20,000 nt of DNA, taken from IMG/VR virus record IMGVR_UViG_3300008267_000234; one strand, 5' to 3'. A model generated the notes under the pieces. The model was not told the origin of the DNA. It did not search any database and saw only the letters and a program-made list of their open reading frames with translations. The stretch is from an uncultured virus (IMG/VR IMGVR_UViG_3300008267_000234) (lineage: Duplodnaviria > Heunggongvirae > Uroviricota > Caudoviricetes). Shown here piece after piece: positions 8,945 through 16,199 of the stretch. Position 1 is the stretch's first letter, and the number at the start of each line of letters is the position of its first letter. Position numbers and translations under genes: made by a program.

Positions 8945-9457
8945 ATGACCATCCAATACCCCATCACTCCCGGCGAGGACTCCGTCGCCATGGCGCTCGT
9001 CACCGCAGCCATCCAAGCTGCCGCTCAGTACGTCTCGGTCAGGCACCAGATCCCGATCAACAATGTCCTGGCTGGCATGAGCGTGTCCGCAAACCTGCTG
9101 CCGCCCATCAACATGGCGCTCCAGTCATTTCAGGAGAAGCAGTTGGCTCAACAGATCGCTGCCGCTACGCCTGCTCCAGCACCTCCTCCGCAGCCGCCAA
9201 GTCCTCCGAGGCAGGCACCGAAACCGCAGCCCGTGGTTGTGCCTCAGCAGATCGTGGAGCCACCACCACCGAACTCTCCGGCCTACGCGATCTACGCAGC
9301 CAGAGCTTTGTCGCAAGACCGTCCGGCACCGATCCCATCTGCGCTTGTGGATCTCCCAAAAGTTGAGCCTGTGCCTGTTGCGGAAGCGCCACTGAAGGTA
9401 CTGCCGGAAGTTCCGCTCAAAAAAAAGCCCGGTCGTCCGAAGAAAGTCACTGAGTAA
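8945..9457 (+). CDS. Pro/Gln-rich protein with C-terminal AT-hook-like motif
   Basis: ATG at 8945 just after the MazG stop; low-complexity PAP/PQP linker; terminal KKKPGRPKK. Confidence 0.8.
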   Translation: MTIQYPITPGEDSVAMALVTAAIQAAAQYVSVRHQIPINNVLAGMSVSANLLPPINMALQSFQEKQLAQQIAAATPAPAPPPQPPSPPRQAPKPQPVVVPQQIVEPPPPNSPAYAIYAARALSQDRPAPIPSALVDLPKVEPVPVAEAPLKVLPEVPLKKKPGRPKKVTE

Positions 9458-9482
9458 TTCTCCTCCACCAACCCGACCAGAG

Positions 9483-9517
9483 GAAGCCTGTTGATTTAGT
9501 TCAGCAGGCTTTCTTTT
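9483..9517 (+). terminator. Intrinsic terminator of the + strand operon
   Basis: AAGCCTGTTGA-tttagt-TCAGCAGGCTT stem (one G.U pair on +) followed by TCTTTT. Confidence 0.8.
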
Positions 9518-9529
9518 GCGTATATAGTA

Positions 9530-9930
9530 CAACAGGAATCCAGAAGCGAGGAGCCAGAGCAGACAGAACATCGCCCCTGCCTATCGGCATTGGGATGATG
9601 TACTGGTACAAGCAGAGATCCAAGAAGGAGTCACCGTCGCTTTCGCAGGTGCTGAATTGGGAGGTGTCAAACTCACAGACTTGCGGGAACACTCGGCAAT
9701 CTATCATTGCCTCCAAACCGCAATACGCACATCGTCCTTGGCTTTCAGGCCAATGTTTTGGGATTCGTCTGTTCCATCACTCCAGAGGGCGAGTTCTGGC
9801 GGAATGGATTCGGAGAGTGCTGGACCGTTACCGTGTCCTCCGGGTTCCCGTCTGGCTCGGGTTCTATTGCTGCCAGATGACTAAAGACTCTGGGGTGCCT
9901 TGTTCCCGCCACGCGTTTGACGGTATCAAC
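9530..9930. ncRNA. Candidate structured non-coding RNA (strand uncertain; GNRA loops favour minus)
   Basis: No convincing ORF; many local hairpins plus nested long-range helices 9666-9672/9915-9921 and 9683-9691/9901-9909; bounded by two terminators. Confidence 0.4.
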
Positions 9931-9932
9931 AG

Positions 9933-9972
9933 AAACAAAAAAGCCCCAACGACTCGCCTTCGTTGAGGATTT
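9933..9972 (-). terminator. Intrinsic terminator of the - strand operon
   Basis: Minus strand CCTCAACGA-aggcgag-TCGTTGGGG followed by CTTTTTTGTTT. Confidence 0.82.
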
Positions 9973-10058
9973 TCTGGTGGAGTGATCCACTTAATAAATT
10001 GCGACGATGGCGAGTCGGTCTTCCGAAGACTTAGCCAGCCGCCCATTGTTTGCAAGCC

Positions 10059-10307
10059 CTATTTCTCAGGTTCCTCCGGGGGGTTTCTGTGTGGTTTTAC
10101 CCGAATACTAATGTGGGAACAGGCACTGAAGTACACTTCCTCCAGCTCCTTGTTGTCCAGCCGCGCCAGCCGGACTGTGTCAACCGTGGTGCCAATCTGA
10201 TCCGCGACAACAACTCCCTTCCAGATCGGGCGAGCGTACTCAACCCGCAGGACAACTCCAGCTTCAGGCTTCCCCTCCCTGTGTCTGCGGATGATTGTGT
10301 CTTTCAT
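10059..10307 (-). CDS. Hypothetical protein
   Basis: MKDTIIRR start makes an ATGA overlap with the upstream gene stop at 10304. Confidence 0.7.
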   Translation of the reverse strand: MKDTIIRRHREGKPEAGVVLRVEYARPIWKGVVVADQIGTTVDTVRLARLDNKELEEVYFSACSHISIRVKPHRNPPEEPEK

Positions 10308-10789
10308 GGCCAAGAAGTCTCGCCATCCCGCTCGTCCAGCAGCTTCTCCATGTTGGTTTTTAAGCCAGCCTGCTTGAGAACTTCTCTGACGATCCCGTCT
10401 TCTGGAAAGCCAGCAGCGGTAAGTTCATCACCGGACAGCTTGGAGAGATCGACGTGGACCGTATCATCCTCGGCATCCACATAATCCGGGTTGGGATACA
10501 GAAAACGAACGGTTGCCGCATTTTTGGCGCACTGCCTGTTCCGCTCCGCGATCTGCTCCTGCGTGGGTCCAGCGTAGGTTGCCTCAACTGCACGCTCCCG
10601 CTGAATCTCCAGCCATCGCTCCATGGTAGTAATGACCTCCTTGGCATCCTCCTCGGCAGACTTGTGCTTCCGACCGCAGCGCAGGATCTTCTTCAACGCC
10701 TGCCCGAGAATCGGGTCCAGCCCGTACTCAATGGCGATACGGTACGGGTCCGCTACGACGCCGCCGATCTTGATCTTGTATGGGTCCAT
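10304..10789 (-). CDS. DUF3310/SaV-like phage protein
   Basis: DPYRIA..YGLDP.LGQALKKILRCGRK....ED.KE....ERWLE resembles the GNA.KY..R.G.K...EDL.KA pattern. Confidence 0.6.
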   Translation of the reverse strand: MDPYKIKIGGVVADPYRIAIEYGLDPILGQALKKILRCGRKHKSAEEDAKEVITTMERWLEIQRERAVEATYAGPTQEQIAERNRQCAKNAATVRFLYPNPDYVDAEDDTVHVDLSKLSGDELTAAGFPEDGIVREVLKQAGLKTNMEKLLDERDGETSWP

Positions 10790-10791
10790 GG

Positions 10792-11120
10792 TCAGAAATC
10801 AATACCGTCTTCGTCCTGCCGTGCGCTTGGTCGCCAGTCCTTCGGCGCTCCGGTTTCCTTGGGCTTCGGACGACCGCCGGAACCGATCTGCACGATCTTC
10901 CATGCCGTCAGATTATTGTAGACACTGCCGGACTTGGCCCGGTTGCCGCGAATGTTGAAGTGAACATCGACTTCATCCCCGACCTCGTAAGCATCCAGAG
11001 TGTCCACGTTTTTCTGGGTCATCTCCAGCTTGATCTCTTGAAGTTCCCGACATAGGCAATGTCTTTGATTTCGGAGATTGTACCCCGGACGGTATAGGCT
11101 AGTTGTTTTTCTTGGCTCAT
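10792..11120 (-). pseudogene. DUF3127-like (OB-fold, SSB-like) gene split by an internal deletion/frameshift
   Basis: ATG 11120 (ATGA-coupled) gives MSQEKQLAYTVRGTISEIKDIAYVGNFK and stops at 11019. The -1 frame continues QEIKLEMTQKNVDTLDAYEVGDEVDVHFNIRG...YNNLTAWKI...DGIDF, with an acidic SSB-like tail. Confidence 0.72.
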
Positions 11121-11428
11121 TGTAGTTGGAAAGTAGCGCAGTGTTTTTTCATCAAGCAGAATTGGCAGTGACCGCCGAGTGTACCTTCTGGCATGTCATC
11201 AAAATGTCCATTCCAATCGCGGGCAATCTGCTTCGCTTCGGACAAGGCTCCTGTGATCTTCAGTGCCAGATCGGACGGAGGATTACTCCCCTCGGAAAGC
11301 TCAGTGATAGACTCTTCGACTTCGCTCCACCGTTCGACGGCATTCGACAGACGTATCACACTGTCGTCCAGTACGACGGAGAGCCTGCATTGGAGCAGGG
11401 CGCGGAGGAGATCGGTCAAGGTTCTCAT
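11117..11428 (-). CDS. Hypothetical protein with C-terminal CxxC-x5-C motif
   Basis: GGHCQFCLMKKHC; ATGA overlaps on both sides. Confidence 0.75.
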   Translation of the reverse strand: MRTLTDLLRALLQCRLSVVLDDSVIRLSNAVERWSEVEESITELSEGSNPPSDLALKITGALSEAKQIARDWNGHFDDMPEGTLGGHCQFCLMKKHCATFQLQ

Positions 11429-11838
11429 TGATTGTTCAACGCCTCGGCAAACATGAGGGCGTGCTTGAAAGTGAATAGAGTGAGAATAAAGAGGATCGCC
11501 AAACAGACGTACAGGTATGGCTTACCGGGAATCTCTTCTTCTTCTTTCCTTGGAGCCACAAGTTCAGGCTCAAGGATCGCCCTGCCGTCGATAAAGAACG
11601 TGCGGGATTCATTTTGCGACATGTACTCAACAAGGAGGTCGCGCTCTGATCCAAGCGGGATTCCGTACAGCATGTAGTGATCCCGAACGATGTCGATGGC
11701 ATCCCGAACTGTCACAAGCACCGTCTTGTTTGCCAGCCTTTCTTCCAAAGCGGAGTCCATGGCAGGGAACGGTTCGACATGAACAAGCAGAAGCTGCCTG
11801 TTTTCAAGAAGGTAATCAATGTCGTCGTTCCCTGCCAT
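11425..11838 (-). CDS. Hypothetical protein with C-terminal transmembrane helix
   Basis: Likely start MAGNDDIDY at 11838; TM YLYVCLAILFILTLFTF. The upstream part of the 270-aa track ORF overlaps the HTH gene. Confidence 0.7.
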   Translation of the reverse strand: MAGNDDIDYLLENRQLLLVHVEPFPAMDSALEERLANKTVLVTVRDAIDIVRDHYMLYGIPLGSERDLLVEYMSQNESRTFFIDGRAILEPELVAPRKEEEEIPGKPYLYVCLAILFILTLFTFKHALMFAEALNNQ

Positions 11839-11861
11839 ATCCGGTGGTTCGGGTGGGTGGA

Positions 11862-12200
11862 TTACGGTTGAACCGGGGTGCCGCCTTCTTCGGTGCCAGT
11901 CACTGGATCGCCGCCTTGTTCTCCAGTAATCGGGGTGCCGCCACTTTCTTGGATGACTTCCGGCTGCGGAGGTCCGGGTAGCGTGTCGATATGCTCCGAG
12001 TTTTCCAGAGAAAGGAAGATGTCCGACATGCTCACCCCGAGGATTCCCGCCGCGTATTGCAGCTTCCGGACAGTTGGGTTCGCGTAGCTGGAAAGTGCGC
12101 CGCCTTTCTTTTCGGTTTTTACCGCCCAGTTGACACCCTTCGTCTTGGCGATTTGCCGAAGAACTCCAGAGATGGTAGATAGATCGTAAGTCTTGCTCAT
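11862..12200 (-). CDS. Cro/CI (XRE)-like HTH DNA-binding protein with acidic Gly/Pro repeat tail
   Basis: LSSYANPTVRKLQYAAGILGVSMSDIF matches the XRE 'NPT...L..IA..LGV....LF' pattern; AAAGG upstream of the ATG. Confidence 0.7.
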   Translation of the reverse strand: MSKTYDLSTISGVLRQIAKTKGVNWAVKTEKKGGALSSYANPTVRKLQYAAGILGVSMSDIFLSLENSEHIDTLPGPPQPEVIQESGGTPITGEQGGDPVTGTEEGGTPVQP

Positions 12201-12209
12201 GTGTGCCTT

Positions 12210-12252
12210 TCGATACGGCTGGCTGATATGTAGTCAACTACGCATGTGCGTA
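12210..12252 (-). promoter_or_regulatory. Putative promoter/operator upstream of the HTH gene
   Basis: Minus-strand TTGACT (12237-12232) inside palindrome GTAGT-ca-ACTAC (12230-12241), overlapped by palindrome TACGCA-tg-TGCGTA (12239-12252); -10 is weak. Confidence 0.45.
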
Positions 12253-12420
12253 TTAAGCGGGATCTTCTTTCTTGTCCTTGTCTGCACAGCCGTCACAGGC
12301 AAAGACAAGTCGCCCAAGAACGAACGCAACGTCAACGACATCCCCGCAGCCGGGGCATGGTCTTGCTTCGACTGGAGCAATCATCTTTCGGATACGCTCT
12401 GAGATTGTGGTGTGGTCCAT
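12253..12420 (-). CDS. Small zinc-ribbon protein (55 aa, not in ORF track)
   Basis: MDHTTISERIRKMIAPVEARPCPGCGDVVDVAFVLGRLVFACDGCADKDKKEDPA; TAATG overlap with the dnaB stop. Confidence 0.78.
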   Translation of the reverse strand: MDHTTISERIRKMIAPVEARPCPGCGDVVDVAFVLGRLVFACDGCADKDKKEDPA

Positions 12421-13781
12421 TAGAATCTGTTTTTTGATTTAGGTTGATACTTTTCCTTCGGCTTACTCGGCTGACGGTCATCGGAATCCTCAAATCGCTG
12501 AAGCGGCCCGTTTCGGAACACGCGGAACGATACGTTGTTTCTTCCGTATCGGTTCTTGCAAACTTTGATCTTGCCATAATCCCCGGACTCCATCTGCCCG
12601 TCTTCTCCCTCCACTTCGTCCATCTCAATACGGAAGAACACTTGTGGACTGTCGAGAATAGAACGGGCATTGCGGATCAGCCCGTCATCATTGAGCTGAA
12701 CCGGAGCGATAAGAGTGCAACCCAAGTCCTTACGTATCCGTTCCAATGAGTCGGACAGATTCTTGAGCTGGATGTCTTCGCGTTCCTTCCCGGTGTTGTG
12801 GAGCGGAACAAGCTGGAGGTAATCGACAACCATGAAATCCAGAGGTTTAACCCGGTGCAGGGCGCGGGCATGGGCGGCAATCGTCTCCATGGTCACGAAC
12901 GGATCTTCGATAAAGTGGACATCCCATTTATCGGCAATCATGTTCAGCCCTCGGGTAAGGGTCTGGACGGTGTGCGCTCCTTCCAATGGAGTTCTGCCCA
13001 TCACCTGATTCAGTGGAATGCCTGTCTCTCTGGCGAGATCCCGCATGAGCATCTGGATTGCGGACATTTCGTAGCCCACAATCAATCCCCTGCGCCCATC
13101 TACCGCCAGCTTCCCAGCAAGCTGCATGGCGAGAAGGGTCTTCCCGTGCCCCTGCCTGCCGCCGATCAGGATGTACTCCCGGCGAATCCCTCCGACAAGA
13201 ACTTCGTCCATCTCCGCAATCCCTGTCGAAACAGCCGGATCAAGGTTCTGCTCCAGTCCTGATTCAAAGGAGTCGATGTAGCTCATCACCACGTCTTTCA
13301 CCGGGATCAGTACGTTCTTTTCGGAATCGCACAGAATTGCGTCCAGACGGCGGACAACCTCCATAGCGCGACTGGTACACTCGGGGCCACCTTCAAGCGC
13401 AACACGGGTCAATTCTGAGCCAATGGAGGCTATCTGGCGGTTCTTGCTCGCAGCCTTGATGTCTTTTGCGTACCCTTTGGCAAAAGATGGAGACGGGGCG
13501 AGACTGTAAATCTCCGTCATCTTTCCCATCCCGCCGATGTCCTCCAGCACCCGGAGATTCATCAGCGCCGAGCAGATCGAAACCAAGTCCACTGCATCGC
13601 CTGAGCCATGGCGCTTCACGATGACGTCGAACAGTATCCCGCAATGAGCCTCCGCAAAGTCCGATGGCTTCAGTACGCCAGCCGCAAAGTCCACGACCTG
13701 CTCCGGTGCCTGCATCATGCAGGAAATCAGCGCACCTTCCATCTCTGCCGTCGCAGACTTTGTGTGTTCGGATTCTGTCAT
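12420..13781 (-). CDS. dnaB: Replicative DnaB-like helicase
   Basis: N-terminal E.ALI..MM/VDLVSI domain; Walker A GRQGHGKT; GYEMS; VVDYLQL; KNRYG. Confidence 0.95.
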   Translation of the reverse strand: MTESEHTKSATAEMEGALISCMMQAPEQVVDFAAGVLKPSDFAEAHCGILFDVIVKRHGSGDAVDLVSICSALMNLRVLEDIGGMGKMTEIYSLAPSPSFAKGYAKDIKAASKNRQIASIGSELTRVALEGGPECTSRAMEVVRRLDAILCDSEKNVLIPVKDVVMSYIDSFESGLEQNLDPAVSTGIAEMDEVLVGGIRREYILIGGRQGHGKTLLAMQLAGKLAVDGRRGLIVGYEMSAIQMLMRDLARETGIPLNQVMGRTPLEGAHTVQTLTRGLNMIADKWDVHFIEDPFVTMETIAAHARALHRVKPLDFMVVDYLQLVPLHNTGKEREDIQLKNLSDSLERIRKDLGCTLIAPVQLNDDGLIRNARSILDSPQVFFRIEMDEVEGEDGQMESGDYGKIKVCKNRYGRNNVSFRVFRNGPLQRFEDSDDRQPSKPKEKYQPKSKNRF

Positions 13782-14683
13782 TAGATTGATTTCTTGAAGC
13801 CTCCCCGTTTCTGCTGCTCATCGCGGCGTTTCGCCTCAGCCAAGTTGTCCAGCTCAGAAATCACCCGGTTCCAGTGCAGACAGAGGAACGTAGGATCGCA
13901 AGCCTGCTTCGACAGCGAGGCAAACTGGAGCGTACTGGCACCGAGGACTTCGTCGTAGATCCGCAGGAAATCTTCGGCAGAGGCATCGCAGTTCTGAAGG
14001 AATTTCTCCAAGGCTTTCGGGAATCTTGGAGGAAACATGAACGCATCCGACTTCCGACCATTCCAGACTCCTTTGATCTGGCTGGTGATTTCGTGATGCC
14101 GTTGATCCTGCTCCTTGGCTGGCTTGGATTTCTTGCTGGATTTTTCTGGCTGGGATTCAAGTTCCATATCGGTATCTAGTTCGTTGTTGGCTGGTTCGTT
14201 CAGTCGAGACTCAAAAGCAATCTCCGCGAGTGCGGCGTGAGCCGGAGGCGAAAGAGCAATCGTGTGCATTGGTTCTTTTTCTGGTTCTTTTCTGATTCCT
14301 TCTGATTTGGGTGTCAATTTGGGGGAGACCCCCCTGTCTATTTGTACCAGGGGGGGTGGTACAATCTGACAGGGGGGAGTGGTACAATTTGGGGGAGGGT
14401 CCAATTCGTCACCACCAGATCCAAGCGGAGTTTTTGGGTGCAATCGGTACATCGGAGTAGTCCCTGGGCGGGCAATCTGGGTGATGTGTCCAGCCCTTTT
14501 TAGCTCCCGAATCGCACGCCTCACGGCACGCTCCTCCAAGCAGGTTTCGGCACACAGGACCGCAACTGATGGATCGCATCTACCTGTCGTTTCGTTCAGG
14601 TGATCCGCCAGCATCAAGCCAACGAACTTCGCGGAGGATGGAGCTTCGATGAGCTTGAATCGCTGCATCATCTGGATGCTCAC
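13781..14683 (-). CDS. Phage replication initiator (N-terminal winged HTH, lambda O-like architecture)
   Basis: AKFVGLMLADH.N...G.CDPSVA.LCAETCLEERAVRRAIREL...GHI HTH; internal iteron-like repeats; directly upstream of DnaB. Confidence 0.85.
   Translation of the reverse strand: MSIQMMQRFKLIEAPSSAKFVGLMLADHLNETTGRCDPSVAVLCAETCLEERAVRRAIRELKRAGHITQIARPGTTPMYRLHPKTPLGSGGDELDPPPNCTTPPCQIVPPPLVQIDRGVSPKLTPKSEGIRKEPEKEPMHTIALSPPAHAALAEIAFESRLNEPANNELDTDMELESQPEKSSKKSKPAKEQDQRHHEITSQIKGVWNGRKSDAFMFPPRFPKALEKFLQNCDASAEDFLRIYDEVLGASTLQFASLSKQACDPTFLCLHWNRVISELDNLAEAKRRDEQQKRGGFKKSI
14270..14410. repeat. Iteron-like repeats, putative replication origin inside the initiator gene
   Basis: Units gtgtcaatttg, ctgtctatttg, ggtacaatctg, ggtacaatttg, ggtccaattcg spaced 23/24/23/17 bp with G-tracts; imperfect palindrome 14329-14377; adjacent T-rich repeats 14270-14307. 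Confidence 0.7.
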
Positions 14684-15252
14684 GTAGCTTGGCCCTCTCT
14701 GTAAAATCCACCAAACGCCTCTTTTGCTGCCTGTTCGTATGTCCTAGACGCCAATTCAACATCATCAAAATACCCAAGAGCAAACTTCCTGCCGTTTATT
14801 GTAATTTGAGCGCACCATTTCCCAACTTGCTTTGCATAAAAAACGCCTTTCCTTCCGCTCGTATTATTGCTCGGTTTTCCTCGGTTCCTTTGATTATCAG
14901 TATGCGTTGCAAGCCTAAGATTCTCAGGCCGATTATTCAACCCATTATTATCAATATGATCTACTTCAAACCCAATAGGATCAATCCCGGTTGATAAAAA
15001 ATACACAATACGGTGATTCCTATACATGCGACCGTTTATCATAAGTATGAAATACTTATCGGTTTCATTGTTTTCCTTTAGGCATCCAGCCTCCTTAGTT
15101 GAGAAATTTCCATTAAATATCTTCTGTCCGCGTTTGTTTTTGAAATGATGCTCTGGTCTTGCCTTCCAGCGCAGCCCGGTGCTGCTGGTTAAGTCGATTT
15201 CCAAAGATTCTAGGATCAAATCAACCGGAAGCGGAGTTGCTTTCTTGCTCAT
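14680..15252 (-). CDS. HNH homing endonuclease with C-terminal AP2 DNA-binding domain
   Basis: VDHIDNNGLNNRPENLRLATHTDNQRN HNH core; NNTSGRKGV...WCAQITINGRKFALGYF AP2; visibly more AT-rich than neighbours. Likely start MSKKATP at 15252 (TTG 15417 alternative). Confidence 0.9.
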   Translation of the reverse strand: MSKKATPLPVDLILESLEIDLTSSTGLRWKARPEHHFKNKRGQKIFNGNFSTKEAGCLKENNETDKYFILMINGRMYRNHRIVYFLSTGIDPIGFEVDHIDNNGLNNRPENLRLATHTDNQRNRGKPSNNTSGRKGVFYAKQVGKWCAQITINGRKFALGYFDDVELASRTYEQAAKEAFGGFYREGQAT

Positions 15253-15413
15253 GGTTCTGGCAAATAAAAGAGCCTTTCCCGGATACTGGTAGAAGTCGCC
15301 CCGTGACAGGCGGCAGTATCCAAGGAAAGGCAGATTGGTCGTCATGGAATGAACAGGACTTCTACATCCCGGCGCAGTTGCACAGCAGACGATATGCTCG
15401 TCTTTCTTAAAGG

Positions 15414-15569
15414 TCAAGGCGGGGAATCGTCGCCATCTGAAGCCTCCGGCTCGTTCACCTCAACGGTTCTGCCCCACCAAACATCATTGCTGAATGTGAC
15501 AAGATCCGCCCAGATTGATTTCCGCACAGGCTCCGTATTTGTGGATTCCGGTATTTCTTCTTCAGCCAT
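15414..15569 (-). CDS. Small acidic hypothetical protein (51 aa, not in ORF track)
   Basis: MAEEEIPESTNTEPVRKSIWADLVTFSNDVWWGRTVEVNEPEASDGDDSPP fills a gap in the operon; GAGAG upstream. Confidence 0.6.
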   Translation of the reverse strand: MAEEEIPESTNTEPVRKSIWADLVTFSNDVWWGRTVEVNEPEASDGDDSPP

Positions 15570-15596
15570 TGCTCTCAAAAGCGACGTGTGAAAATC

Positions 15597-16199
15597 TCAT
15601 CTCAAAAACGGGGCGATCTGCTCAACCGGATACCGCCGCTTCCCGCTGGCATCCAGCAGCGTCACAATCCATCCACGGACGGGATCAAAGACACCCGCTG
15701 GTCTGTGAGCGTAGCGTCCATTGAAAGCGTTGTACGCATTCATGGTCACGAAATGCTCCCTCGGTCGCTCCTTCCAAACGATTCCACTCCTGGATTCAGG
15801 CGAAAGCCGATACTGATCCCGGATGGACTGAATCTGCGCTTCGGACAATCGCAGTGACGACCTTGGCCTGATTGCGGCAAACGGACGCGGCTTGCGCTTA
15901 CTGCGCTCTGCCTTGATCTGGTTCTCGGTGACGAGGTTTTTGAAGTCCCAGTTCATCCCGTTGCCGTCGAGGTAGTGGATTTTTGAATCCGGCAGCTTTC
16001 CTGTATTCAACAGCCACACAATATCGCCCATCTCGTAAGAGTGATTCTCCCATTTGAGAATGTATTTGTTCCATTGGAAGCTCCCAGCCATCCCGCCAAT
16101 CGGCTTCCGGGGGGTGTTGATCTTCCATCGCATGACTTGGTGCTTGGCGTCGTATTCCCAGATGCGCTTTACCGTCTCAACTGTGAGTGTTCGTTTCAT
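15597..16199 (-). CDS. Degenerate HNH-family protein with two HNH N-terminal modules
   Basis: YD.....MRWK...GGMAGS...IVWLLNTGKLP..KIHYLDGNGMNWDFKNL lacks the canonical DH. The second half SGIVWKERPREHF...FNGRYA..PAG matches the N-terminus of the HNH-AP2 gene. Confidence 0.75.
   Translation of the reverse strand: MKRTLTVETVKRIWEYDAKHQVMRWKINTPRKPIGGMAGSFQWNKYILKWENHSYEMGDIVWLLNTGKLPDSKIHYLDGNGMNWDFKNLVTENQIKAERSKRKPRPFAAIRPRSSLRLSEAQIQSIRDQYRLSPESRSGIVWKERPREHFVTMNAYNAFNGRYAHRPAGVFDPVRGWIVTLLDASGKRRYPVEQIAPFLR

Noticed and set aside
9530..9930. RNase P, group I/II intron, tmRNA or CRISPR mini-array identity for the structured gap
   Set aside because: No GAGGAAAGUCC, no recognisable intron core or domain V, no tRNA-like ends, and no regularly spaced direct repeats.
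9463..9982. CTCCACCA on + (9463-9470) and on - (9982-9975), each just before a terminator, resembling tRNA-Ala/tmRNA 3' ends or an att core
   Set aside because: Only 8 bp, with no T-arm (GTTCRA) or acceptor stem upstream of either copy and no integrase in the window.
9595..9990. ORFs 9595..9966 (+), 9657..9884 (+) and 9745..9990 (-) as genes
   Set aside because: No recognisable motifs or RBS, and two of them run into or through the terminator hairpin; not formally excluded.
11839..12237. N-terminal extension of the 270-aa ORF 11425..12237
   Set aside because: Overlaps the better-supported HTH gene in another frame and reads as Arg-rich shadow translation.
12230..12241. GTCAACTAC resembling the start of IS200/605 IscB omega/HEARO RNAs
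   Set aside because: No IscB/TnpB gene and no room for the RNA; better explained as an operator palindrome.
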